Positions 7,162-16,413 of a stretch of 64,000 bases of DNA are shown here, piece after piece (the stretch's first letter is position 1; every line of letters begins with the position of its first letter). The translations under genes and the position numbers were made by a program. The stretch lies in the IMG/VR virus record IMGVR_UViG_3300005739_000025; one strand, 5' to 3'. The notes under the pieces were generated by a model. It made no database searches and was not told the origin of the DNA. It saw only the letters and a list, made by a program, of their open reading frames with translations. This DNA is from a virus. Taxonomy: Duplodnaviria > Caudoviricetes.

Positions 7162-8754
7162 TTAAAAATATTCCTGTAATACTTCTTTAAAATAATTTTT
7201 ATCCGATTCACCCAAGGTATCAAATATATCACCAAAGTGTTTTTTAGTTTCCGGTTTTAATGGCAATTCATCAGGAATAAATTCATATACACCTGGTTGG
7301 GTTTGAAATTCTATATAACTTTTTTGTATCTTTCTTAATTGTTTTTCCGATCCAGTAAACATGCTGTTATTAAAATCCCCCTTCCATTGATTGTATACTC
7401 TAACACCTCTATACTGGTTTGACCAGGAAGAACTAATAGGAAACTGTAATGCCTCTTTATAAAGTTTTAATCTTTTTCCTCTTAAGTCACTAAGTGGCTG
7501 CAGCCAATATTTTACCTGCATTACAGAATCATCATCGTCATTATCAGTATATGTAAACGACATTACCCAAAGAGGCTCTTTTCTTTCCGTACCTTCTTTT
7601 AAAGAAGACAAAATATCGCTAAAGTGTTCTTTGGTTTTTGGCTTAAGGTCTAGCTCTTCTTTCATTCTAGTACCATATATATAATTCTTATAGTCTAAAA
7701 ATTCTTTGTTAACCTTATCCTTTGGACCTATAAACGCTATTACCGTGGAGTACTTTCCAATATAGTTTCCAAGTCGTACATCTATATCTTTATCATCTTC
7801 ATAGAGACCGTGTTTGTAATTAACTTTATGATTGACTAGATTTTCTACTATCTCTTTATCCTTATCATTTAACCCTTCTAGACGCATATGTTTATAATCA
7901 GCATAAGCTACCTCCGTACCTCTTGGTTTATAGATCTTAATCAAAAATATAAACTTTTCTTTTTGCTGTCTACTCTCCTGCAACGCCGTAAAGATATCAC
8001 CAAAATGTTTTTTAGTTTCTGGTTTAACAGGTAAATCTTCTTCTAAACTTTTAAATGTAATTTTATAAGTCTTTATTAAATCCTTAACATCTGATAAAGA
8101 ATTAATAATGAAAGCTAGCCTGTATCTCACCTTACCACTATTATAGTGCTGTAATTCATAAGCCTTCATACCTGGAGTTGTTTTATATTGTTTCATCATC
8201 TTAAGTAACTTTTTTTCATCATCTGTCATCTCACTTATTTTTTTATAACTGTAAAGAGCTCTTTCTTCTGAGTAATACGCTTTTGGGTTCTCCCTCAACA
8301 CTCTTAGAAAGAATATATATTTGTCTCTATTTTTAGATTCATCTAAATTTGTAAGTATATCTTCAAAAGCTTCTCGAGATTTAGGTCTCATAGTTTTTTT
8401 AGCATATTCATTTTTAAGTTTCTTTATTATTTCTTCTCTATGTACATCCCACCAACGGTAAGATGCTTTATATGATGATTCATAGTCGCCTAGGTATTTG
8501 CTTACCACTAGATCTTTAAAAGAATAACCCGGTGTGTCCATATACTCTACAATTTCAATTACAGCATACTGCTCTCTTAAACTCTTATACCAACCTTCTT
8601 GTGGATCTTTATTTTCTAGTCTTACAGTGTATATAATTTCTCTATTATCTTTATCTATTTTTATATCTTGTACTGTTATTTTTACTGGTAAATCACTATA
8701 GAATATATTCTGAAATGATTCGGCTATGCTGTATAAATCTCTTTTACGGTTCAT
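7162..8754 (-). CDS. Four-module putative polyprotein, each module ending in the KPETKKHFGDI tag plus LxE
   Basis: Tags at 8356-8388, 7993-8025, 7612-7644, 7225-7257, followed by LDES, LQES, LKEG, LGES. Confidence 0.85.
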   Translation of the reverse strand: MNRKRDLYSIAESFQNIFYSDLPVKITVQDIKIDKDNREIIYTVRLENKDPQEGWYKSLREQYAVIEIVEYMDTPGYSFKDLVVSKYLGDYESSYKASYRWWDVHREEIIKKLKNEYAKKTMRPKSREAFEDILTNLDESKNRDKYIFFLRVLRENPKAYYSEERALYSYKKISEMTDDEKKLLKMMKQYKTTPGMKAYELQHYNSGKVRYRLAFIINSLSDVKDLIKTYKITFKSLEEDLPVKPETKKHFGDIFTALQESRQQKEKFIFLIKIYKPRGTEVAYADYKHMRLEGLNDKDKEIVENLVNHKVNYKHGLYEDDKDIDVRLGNYIGKYSTVIAFIGPKDKVNKEFLDYKNYIYGTRMKEELDLKPKTKEHFSDILSSLKEGTERKEPLWVMSFTYTDNDDDDSVMQVKYWLQPLSDLRGKRLKLYKEALQFPISSSWSNQYRGVRVYNQWKGDFNNSMFTGSEKQLRKIQKSYIEFQTQPGVYEFIPDELPLKPETKKHFGDIFDTLGESDKNYFKEVLQEYF

Positions 8755-8755
8755 A

Positions 8756-9949
8756 TTAACAATGATAATTTAAGTACCTTTGAGCAGCCTTAGCTGTATT
8801 ATTACCTTTATTCTTTTGTTTTGATTTAATTCCTCTAGCTTTAGAACAAGACATCTTACCTTTTACTTGTCGTTTTAGAATACCAGGTCTCACCGGATCG
8901 TGTATAGATTTTTCTGATAAACAACTATCCATTATATTATCAAATATATCACCAAAGTGTTTTTCTGTTTCTGGTTTAAAATCTAGCTCTGGTTCGAATT
9001 TTCCTCTACCTGACCCAAAAGTAAGTATATTATTATCTAAAACTATTCTTAAATTGTCCTTCCCACCAATAAATGCATAATGCTTTCTTAATACAGGGTA
9101 AAATTTAGCTCCTGTGTAATGAGATGTATATTCTCTCTCATTAAATGTACCTCTTATTTTATTATTGTCTACATAAAATGTCATATCATTTAAACGTTCT
9201 TTATCCCTTTCTGTTAAGTCCTTTAATGGTTTTATTTTATAGTAATGTTTAGAATCCTTTGAAGCTTCATTTATGTTCATGAATAGAATATAGGGTTCTT
9301 GACCTTCCGGTATTTTAATTTCATCCATTAAATCGTTTATTGCTTCAACACTTTCGTTTAAACCGACTATTATATCACCGAAATGCTTTTGAGTCTCCGG
9401 CTTCATTGACTTTTTAATTTCATATGCATTAAGGGTCTTATTGTTAACCTTATCTAAAAATTTACCCAACTCCATCAAATCATTATCATTACTACTATCA
9501 TACGGTTTACCATACATTTTTCTACTACGTTTTAACTCTCTTATACCAGATTTAATATCGGTACTAATATCCTGACTTTGAGCAGTTGTTAGGTGAGTTA
9601 GTCCAGAATGTATCATTTGACCATGGGTGCCCTTACCCTTCAATTCGGGTTCATAAAGATATATATCTGTTTCTACTTCGTCTTCATTCATTGCCCAATC
9701 ATATATTGTTCTTATAACTTTATATTTTTTCTTTGAAGTTCTATCTTCAACATCATAATCAAATACTGCTTCACCATCTTCATTATAATATTTTTGTAAT
9801 GTAGAAATATAAAATCTACCATTGTCAACACTCTCGTTAAGACCACCCATTACACCATCAAAGTGTTTTTTTGTTTTTGGTCTAGCAGCTAAAACTTTTT
9901 TATCTTGTAAATTTTCCAATAAATTGCTAATTGTTTTATAGAATCCCAC
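8756..9949 (-). CDS. Multi-module putative polyprotein with three tags and a basic Cys/His C-terminal domain
   Basis: GTG 5 nt after TAAATA; tags at 9851-9883, 9371-9403, 8945-8977; C-terminus SIHDPVRPGILKRQ...SCSKA...AAQRYLNYHC. Confidence 0.85.
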   Translation of the reverse strand: MGFYKTISNLLENLQDKKVLAARPKTKKHFDGVMGGLNESVDNGRFYISTLQKYYNEDGEAVFDYDVEDRTSKKKYKVIRTIYDWAMNEDEVETDIYLYEPELKGKGTHGQMIHSGLTHLTTAQSQDISTDIKSGIRELKRSRKMYGKPYDSSNDNDLMELGKFLDKVNNKTLNAYEIKKSMKPETQKHFGDIIVGLNESVEAINDLMDEIKIPEGQEPYILFMNINEASKDSKHYYKIKPLKDLTERDKERLNDMTFYVDNNKIRGTFNEREYTSHYTGAKFYPVLRKHYAFIGGKDNLRIVLDNNILTFGSGRGKFEPELDFKPETEKHFGDIFDNIMDSCLSEKSIHDPVRPGILKRQVKGKMSCSKARGIKSKQKNKGNNTAKAAQRYLNYHC

Positions 9950-10003
9950 AATTTTATTTAAGATTTAAAGTATATTTTTAGCTACTATTCGTTATAATAA
10001 ATT

Positions 10004-10714
10004 GTGGGTAAATCTATAGTCTATTATGGTTATATAGGAAATGATATGTATGTTGAGCCAGAAAAAGTCTGGCCAACAGCTATAGGTAATTGTCTATTGT
10101 TGTCTAAACTACATTCTGATGGCACGGCCGGTGGGGTGACTAAATGCCCCGCTTTCAAAGAATTTTATAAAAATACATTTTTAATAACCTCACCCTTTGA
10201 TTATAAACTTAATATAACAGATAGGAAGTTTCAATGTTATGATTATGATCAAGATTTTTATGATAGATATATCATTACAAGAGATGTTTCTAATAGAGTA
10301 TTAAGCTTAAGAGCACCAGAAATTATATTTTTTAGTGAAGATAAAAACTTGGAACTGGAAATGTTGCCTCCTCTTTTAAGTCCTAATATGTTTTCTAATT
10401 GTTTGTACATAACAGGCAAATACAACATAGGAAAACATTTTCGTACACTAGAATTAGCTTTAGCTTTAAGAGAGGATAAAGAATTAGAGATTAATTCAGG
10501 AGACAGTCTATATTATGTTAGATTTAACACGGACAATGAAGTAGAGTTAAGAAGATTTTTATTCAATACAGAACTAATGCAAATTATAACTTATATAACA
10601 AATATAAGAACTTATACTAAAAAAATAAAACCGTTATGTGAGTACTATACTAAAGCTATGCAATTCGGTTATAGAAATAAAATTCTTAAAAATATACGTA
10701 AAAATTTATTTTAA
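10004..10714 (+). CDS. Conserved phage hypothetical protein
   Basis: GTG 5 nt after TATAAT(9993); KCPAFKEFYKNTFLITSPFD motif typical of hypothetical genes of aquatic T4-like phages. Confidence 0.8.
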   Translation: MGKSIVYYGYIGNDMYVEPEKVWPTAIGNCLLLSKLHSDGTAGGVTKCPAFKEFYKNTFLITSPFDYKLNITDRKFQCYDYDQDFYDRYIITRDVSNRVLSLRAPEIIFFSEDKNLELEMLPPLLSPNMFSNCLYITGKYNIGKHFRTLELALALREDKELEINSGDSLYYVRFNTDNEVELRRFLFNTELMQIITYITNIRTYTKKIKPLCEYYTKAMQFGYRNKILKNIRKNLF

Positions 10715-10745
10715 CGTGATTAACAGCAGAATAAATAATTATACA

Positions 10746-10949
10746 GTGAAAGTAAATGACTCGTCTTTCTATAAAGAGTTCTTAGCAATGAAAGAAGAGA
10801 TTTTAAAACACAAATGGTACGAGTCTGAAAGAGTAGGCTATGATATAGGATTTTCTAGAGCGTTAATTGACTGGACTATAAAATTTAAATCTACCTTTTT
10901 AAAACAAAGAAAGAAAAAAATTAAATCGTATATTTCATACCCAAATTAG
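10746..10949 (+). CDS. Small DUF4032-like protein
   Basis: Start moved to GTG 8 nt after TAAATA; EEILKHKWYESERVGYDIGFSRALIDW resembles the DUF4032 signature (recalled, not searched). Confidence 0.65.
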   Translation: MKVNDSSFYKEFLAMKEEILKHKWYESERVGYDIGFSRALIDWTIKFKSTFLKQRKKKIKSYISYPN

Positions 10950-11292
10950 AGGGTTGAGTTTGAGGAGCTGTAGGAGCGACTCTACCTGTAGGGGCTGTTA
11001 ATTTAGCTAGTAACACTGTTATATTTTCTATAGCTTTCATCATATTGTTTAGTTTTTGATCTAATGAGTTTATCTGATTAGTGAGATTTTGTAAGTTCGG
11101 TGCACCACCTGTTGATGTGCTTTGAGTATTGCTCATAGCTGTGGGAGCGCTAAAACTATTAGCATTTGGTGTAGATGACGTAGGAACTGTAGGCTGAAAA
11201 CTGTTTGGATTCAAAGCCATAGGAGGAGTTGCCTCTTTAACTAAACTTTTAGTATAGTTTTCAAAAATATTATTGAAATCTTCTTTTTTCAT
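10921..11292 (-). CDS. Low-complexity P/T/S protein with coiled coil and leader
   Basis: MKKEDFNNIFENYTKSLVKEA leader; LTNQINSLDQKLNNMMKAIENI heptads. Confidence 0.8.
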   Translation of the reverse strand: MKKEDFNNIFENYTKSLVKEATPPMALNPNSFQPTVPTSSTPNANSFSAPTAMSNTQSTSTGGAPNLQNLTNQINSLDQKLNNMMKAIENITVLLAKLTAPTGRVAPTAPQTQPSNLGMKYTI

Positions 11293-11570
11293 TACCAGTT
11301 TTTACAAGAAAAATATTTTGCAGTTCCAGGCTTTGCTGATGAACATTTGTGACGCGCTCTAAAAGATTTGCGACGTTTTGGATTTGATTTTTTAATTCTT
11401 CTTTTTGGATCACCATAATGTACGCGTTTTAACTTACCACCAACTCGAGCACATCTCATATATTTTTTATCTGTTCTCGTTGATGATTGCTGACCGGTAA
11501 CTTTAGTACATCTGCTACCTTTTTTTGCTTCTTCTAAAATTTGATTAACTAAATTATCGAAATTAAGCAC
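11292..11570 (-). CDS. Small basic conserved phage protein (GDP...RRKSFRARHxC...W family)
   Basis: Start moved to GTG 11570 (MLNFDNLVNQILEEA), overlapping the upstream stop; motif VHYGDP...RRKSFRARHKC...YFSCKNW common in aquatic T4-like phages. Confidence 0.8.
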   Translation of the reverse strand: MLNFDNLVNQILEEAKKGSRCTKVTGQQSSTRTDKKYMRCARVGGKLKRVHYGDPKRRIKKSNPKRRKSFRARHKCSSAKPGTAKYFSCKNW

Positions 11571-11781
11571 TTCTATATTCCCCTTCGATATCATGAGCTA
11601 TTTGCATTAACCTATCACCATCCCCTCTTCTTGCTTTCATAGAAGATATTCTAGTAGCTATAGCTGCAATTTCAGAAGCTAAATTGATCATTTTATTTTT
11701 ATGCTCTGGCGGTTCACCAATATCAGATTCATAAACTTTTGAATACGCCTCAGAAATATTATATAACTCATTCTTCTTCAT
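11563..11781 (-). CDS. Small protein with leader
   Basis: TATAAATA 5 nt before ATG; MKKNELYNISEAYSKVYES. Confidence 0.8.
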   Translation of the reverse strand: MKKNELYNISEAYSKVYESDIGEPPEHKNKMINLASEIAAIATRISSMKARRGDGDRLMQIAHDIEGEYRSA

Positions 11782-11789
11782 AAATGTAT

Positions 11790-12743
11790 TTATAAAGAAC
11801 CTATAATGTCTCCGAAATGTTCTTTTGTTTTAGGCTTCATATTTTTAGTGCTCAGTATCTTTAATCTTTCTTTTTGTGACATTAAAGCAATTTTTAAAAC
11901 CTCAAATGCATCTTTATCAACATCTAATGTATTATTTGTCAAACCATCATACAACTCATACCCACCTATATATGTTAAAGATTTACCCCCTTGTTTATGT
12001 TTTTTTAATGGAATAAGATCCGTATCCCAACGTTTAGTTTTTTTATCTAATATTTTTCTCTTTAATTCTAATCCTAAAAACATAGGTGTTTTTTCATCTA
12101 CAGAATAAGAAAAGTGCTGTAATATTTCATAAAACTTTACACCTTTAGAAGTATTATACCTCACCGTTATTTCATCAATTATTTTGTTATATCTATAACC
12201 AGGATTCTTTGAATATATTCTATTAAAGTCTATAATTTCGGGCTCATTTGTTTGCCTTGACTCTGAAACCGCGCCTAATATATCACCAAAGTGTTTTTTA
12301 GTCTCCGGCTTCATACCCATTGCCTCAATACTCCTCTTTTTCATATCAAAATTACTAACTTGATCTAAAATTTCTTCAATTATTCTAAAACCTTTTTTAT
12401 TTTTAAAATATGGATGCTTATGAATAGCGTGAGCCGCTACTAAATTCATTGGCAGCTCTTTCATTAAATTACGATCTATTGAATGAAGGATCATACCTTC
12501 TTCGCTATTATATCTGCAGTGAAAAATTGCAGTAGATTGTAATATACCAGGCTTATCTTCCTTCAATTTTTCAAAAATCTGAAAAACATTAAACCTTTCT
12601 TTTGTAATAGTATCTTCAAACCTAAAAAAATCGTTTATAAAATGATTAGAAATATCTCTTCTAAATTCTATAAGCTCTACATTTACAGGCTCTGATTTGC
12701 CTCTACTATACGCCTCAAATATTAACTTAGATGTAATATCCAC
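11790..12743 (-). CDS. Two-module tagged protein
   Basis: Leader MDITSKLIFEAY; tags at 12279-12311 (then AVSES) and 11805-11837 (then GSL*). Confidence 0.85.
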   Translation of the reverse strand: MDITSKLIFEAYSRGKSEPVNVELIEFRRDISNHFINDFFRFEDTITKERFNVFQIFEKLKEDKPGILQSTAIFHCRYNSEEGMILHSIDRNLMKELPMNLVAAHAIHKHPYFKNKKGFRIIEEILDQVSNFDMKKRSIEAMGMKPETKKHFGDILGAVSESRQTNEPEIIDFNRIYSKNPGYRYNKIIDEITVRYNTSKGVKFYEILQHFSYSVDEKTPMFLGLELKRKILDKKTKRWDTDLIPLKKHKQGGKSLTYIGGYELYDGLTNNTLDVDKDAFEVLKIALMSQKERLKILSTKNMKPKTKEHFGDIIGSL

Positions 12744-12755
12744 ACTTATATTTAA

Positions 12756-13298
12756 TTATAAAGAAGATAATATGTCACCAAAATGCTTTTGTGTTTCTGG
12801 CTTCATGTTTCTTAATCTTAAGTAGTTGTTTAGATTTTTTAACTCATCTTTAGAATAAACACCCTCGGTCACCGATAAATCTTCATAATCATTTAATACA
12901 TCTGCCATTACGTGCTTTATAAGATTTTTCATATCATCTAACATAGGTCCATGTTTATGTCTGCTTTTAGCATTATGAACAAGCTCTAATACAAAATAGT
13001 AAACATATCTAGGAAAATTTAATTTATCTGTTAAACCATACTTACTACGTAAATTTATTAAAATATTTTTTCTATGCATTCTAAACGGTCCAAGCTCAAA
13101 TAACCCTCTTACTAAAAACGGTAACAAAGGTATACCAACAATATTATTAAACATATCATAGAGTTTATTCTCTAGCCACGATTGTCCTCCTAATTCCCTC
13201 AATTGCCACAAAGTTTCAGTATTTTTCTTTATAGCAATATTAAAAAGAAAAGCAGCAACTTTATCAGCGTATTCGTTCTCGCTCGGTGTTAATGTCAT
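12756..13298 (-). CDS. Helical protein with C-terminal tag
   Basis: Ends MKPETQKHFGDILSSL*; ATGA overlap with upstream gene. Confidence 0.85.
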   Translation of the reverse strand: MTLTPSENEYADKVAAFLFNIAIKKNTETLWQLRELGGQSWLENKLYDMFNNIVGIPLLPFLVRGLFELGPFRMHRKNILINLRSKYGLTDKLNFPRYVYYFVLELVHNAKSRHKHGPMLDDMKNLIKHVMADVLNDYEDLSVTEGVYSKDELKNLNNYLRLRNMKPETQKHFGDILSSL

Positions 13299-14389
13299 AA
13301 CTCTCTTAAAATATCTCCAAAATGTTCTTTTGTTTTCTTTTTCATTCTAGTATCTGAAAAATAATTAGAATCCATAAGGTTTAATAGCAATGCATTTTTT
13401 AAAAACACCTCTGCTATCTTGTAGTTAGTATCATAGGAGTGAGGAAAATAACAATAATATATGTACGATGTATTAACGTGGGATTTTCTATCTTGCATTA
13501 ATATTTCTAAATATTTTTTAGCATTTGGACCAGCGTTATATGATGTTACACCTGTATCCAATAAACCATTTACCTCATTTACATCTATTTCTGGATTATT
13601 ATACACACAATCATATAAAACATGTTTTTCTATGTAAGGTTGTAAAAACTTAGTGAGTATAAAATCATCCGGATCTTCACTTACATATATATTTTCTTTT
13701 ATTACCAAATATGGCATTATATTAAGTTTTACTAGTGAATATAGTTCGTGCTGATTTCTAATTTTAGAGAGCGCAGTGCCTCTATATTTGTAACCTGTTA
13801 AATCATTGGCTAAATTAGCTACTATTTCGCAAATTCTTTTTTCAAAGTCTACCAACTTTAAACTTTTTATCTTACCTGCAGATGTATGTTGATAGCTTTC
13901 TAAAATGCTTTTATATTGTTCATTAAACCCCAAACCTTTTATGATATCACCAAAATGTTTTTTTGTCTCAGGTTTAAACGCTAGTCCTTCTTTTTTATAC
14001 GCCAGCAACCAATTTGCTTTTTTTTCTACCTCCGACATGTAGGTTCCTTGTCTATAAAAATCAGGTACTTTCTTTTGCATTTTATCAAAGTCTTTATCAT
14101 CTCTATCTGTAAAAACATAACCTTTAAAAAGAGTGCTATCTGCTTTTAATGCAACAATAATTTGAGAATGGTTTGCAAAATCTAACTTAGTTCTTTTTCT
14201 ACTATTTTTTGTATTGACAAATACAAATGCAAATCTTTCAAAATTATTATTCTCTAAATAATTTATAATCTTTTGTAGGTTATCTTTGTTATAGTTTATA
14301 AAAAGATTGCTATTAATTCCTGGAAACGCTTTTCTTACTATATTTCCATTATAAATCTTACCAACCTTTAATTGATTAAAAACTTTCAT
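13295..14389 (-). CDS. Two-module tagged protein
   Basis: Tags at 13943-13975 (then GFNEQYKSILES) and 13310-13342 (then REL*). Confidence 0.85.
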   Translation of the reverse strand: MKVFNQLKVGKIYNGNIVRKAFPGINSNLFINYNKDNLQKIINYLENNNFERFAFVFVNTKNSRKRTKLDFANHSQIIVALKADSTLFKGYVFTDRDDKDFDKMQKKVPDFYRQGTYMSEVEKKANWLLAYKKEGLAFKPETKKHFGDIIKGLGFNEQYKSILESYQHTSAGKIKSLKLVDFEKRICEIVANLANDLTGYKYRGTALSKIRNQHELYSLVKLNIMPYLVIKENIYVSEDPDDFILTKFLQPYIEKHVLYDCVYNNPEIDVNEVNGLLDTGVTSYNAGPNAKKYLEILMQDRKSHVNTSYIYYCYFPHSYDTNYKIAEVFLKNALLLNLMDSNYFSDTRMKKKTKEHFGDILREL

Positions 14390-14988
14390 TTATCTAACGC
14401 TCCAAATATATCTCCAAAATGTTTTTTAGTCTCAGGTTTTAAACTTTTATTGAATACGTATTTTTCCCAATAGCTATGTCCCTCTTCAGCGTATTTTTTA
14501 GCTAGTGCATGAAACATAATAGCTAATACTCTAAATCCCTTATCATATAATTCACCATCTTCTAATTCTTCAAATAAACGTTTAAACTCTATTCGCCTCC
14601 CAGCACCTCCAACATACTTTAATAAAGATTTATTAAGAATTTTTTCTATCTTGTCTTTATCTTCATCTTTTAATATACTTTCGCGGGGCTGCATTAAATC
14701 GTAAAAAAACCATCCAATATGCTTTTGCGTCCTTTCATCCACATTAGGATCAAACTTAAATAACCTTCTAAAATTTGCTGTATTCTGATCTTCTATATCA
14801 GTATTATAATACATGTTTGATTTTGCTCTTTGTCTTTCAGTTTTAAATCTATTAGATTTTGGTAGAGCTTTATACTGATTTCTTTTTCTTAACAACATGT
14901 TTATAGTGTAAGTAAGAAGCTTATGTTCTTCTGGAGTTACATCTACCAGTATTTCCTCTAAGAAAAGAATATACTTTTTGAAGTTCAT
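14386..14988 (-). CDS. Protein with leader and C-terminal tag
   Basis: MNFKKYILFLEE; ends LKPETKKHFGDIFGALDK*; TAAATA 6 nt before ATG. Confidence 0.85.
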   Translation of the reverse strand: MNFKKYILFLEEILVDVTPEEHKLLTYTINMLLRKRNQYKALPKSNRFKTERQRAKSNMYYNTDIEDQNTANFRRLFKFDPNVDERTQKHIGWFFYDLMQPRESILKDEDKDKIEKILNKSLLKYVGGAGRRIEFKRLFEELEDGELYDKGFRVLAIMFHALAKKYAEEGHSYWEKYVFNKSLKPETKKHFGDIFGALDK

Positions 14989-15000
14989 CTAAATTATTTA

Positions 15001-15678
15001 TTAACTGTTGATACCTGCGAGTATATCCCCGAAATGCTTTTGAGTCTCTGGCTTCATAGTTCTTTTAATTCTATATTTTTTTAACGATTTATAAAAACTA
15101 TTTTGGCTCATAACTTCTACCCAACCATCTCTATCATAAAGAGCAATACTTCCAATAAAAGCGTACATACCAGTTCTAATTATTTCTTTAATTTTTTCTA
15201 TATCATTATATACACCTTTAAAGTTCTCTCTTCCCCACCCATCTAATCCCCCAATCATCATAGTGATTGATACTGAGTATTCACTTTTTTTCCAAATAGT
15301 ATTCGCTTTTTTCTTGTCAAATAATCTATCTATTAATGCTTTTACGGAAGGTTCTTTATCTAATTCTAAAAAAGTACCTCCAACATAGTCCCAGTCATCA
15401 TCTCTTCTTGGTTTATGATCTATTAAATTACATAAAAATTTGTATATATTTTTTATAATGTAATCTTCATCCGGATAGTAGATCGCTTCATCAGTAGCAA
15501 TACCACCAGGCCTATTAAAAGGTTGTTTTGCTAATTTAAAATAATATTTTTGTAAAAATTGTGAAATAAGAGTTATGCAATCTTCTTCTCTTTGTGTTAA
15601 AGGTATTGGCCTGTACCCGTCTACCTCTGGAAAACGTGTACCTTCGATTATCGTTCGAACTTGCTCGTAAAAGTCCAT
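15001..15678 (-). CDS. Protein with leader and C-terminal tag
   Basis: Start moved to MDFYEQVRTIIEG (15678); ends MKPETQKHFGDILAGINS*. Confidence 0.85.
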   Translation of the reverse strand: MDFYEQVRTIIEGTRFPEVDGYRPIPLTQREEDCITLISQFLQKYYFKLAKQPFNRPGGIATDEAIYYPDEDYIIKNIYKFLCNLIDHKPRRDDDWDYVGGTFLELDKEPSVKALIDRLFDKKKANTIWKKSEYSVSITMMIGGLDGWGRENFKGVYNDIEKIKEIIRTGMYAFIGSIALYDRDGWVEVMSQNSFYKSLKKYRIKRTMKPETQKHFGDILAGINS

Positions 15679-15682
15679 CTCA

Positions 15683-15925
15683 TTATCTTGCAGATGGTAT
15701 CCAGCTTGCATCCTCAGGATTTTCTGGAAGTTTTAATGTTTTAGCCTGACCTTGATCAGATCTATAACCCTCAATTAAGTCTAAAACTTTTTTTAAACCT
15801 TCAGCTATTTGATCTAAAACATCACCTTTTACTGCCTCTGCATCTTCATCTGGCATTTGTTCTTGTTGAGAACATTGAGATTCTACTACAGTTTTGTATG
15901 CTTTATATATGCTGCTATTATTCAT
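15683..15925 (-). CDS. Small protein with leader
   Basis: MNNSSIYKAYKTVVES; tightly packed in operon. Confidence 0.75.
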   Translation of the reverse strand: MNNSSIYKAYKTVVESQCSQQEQMPDEDAEAVKGDVLDQIAEGLKKVLDLIEGYRSDQGQAKTLKLPENPEDASWIPSAR

Positions 15926-15926
15926 A

Positions 15927-16412
15927 TTATCTTGTTAATAAGTTTCTTAAGTTATACATTATAGACCAAACAGATGGTCTACTGATTACTCTTTTTATTT
16001 CCTCTAAAAGAGAACGGTCTTTAATGTGAGTTGTTGCGTAACTTTTTATAAACTCTTTTAGTTGATTAATATCTATATTTTTATATCTATCTAATCCAAA
16101 GTTCTCTAAACCTAAAAAGAAAGCGTCTTCTACTTCGTCAATTAAATCTTTTATATAAGGAAGATTCGATTGGAACATAAAGTATTTTGATTTTCTTTCT
16201 ACAGGTTTTTGAACTAGCTTTGTATTTTCTACATTACTATTTTCTGCAAAGTTTTCCAAAAGTTTATTAAACTCTGAATAGTTTCTTTCAACACCCAAAA
16301 GTTTTTTATACTTTGAATTCTCTAAAATTTGTCTTTGTTTTTCAGTTAACTTATGTTTACCGTAGTAATATTTTTCAGCTAACAATTTTAATTTTTTGTC
16401 TCTTGAGTTCAT
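15927..16412 (-). CDS. Hypothetical protein
   Basis: Start moved to MNSRDKKLKLLAE (16412), 1 nt after the AAA gene stop. Confidence 0.75.
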   Translation of the reverse strand: MNSRDKKLKLLAEKYYYGKHKLTEKQRQILENSKYKKLLGVERNYSEFNKLLENFAENSNVENTKLVQKPVERKSKYFMFQSNLPYIKDLIDEVEDAFFLGLENFGLDRYKNIDINQLKEFIKSYATTHIKDRSLLEEIKRVISRPSVWSIMYNLRNLLTR

Positions 16413-16413
16413 A

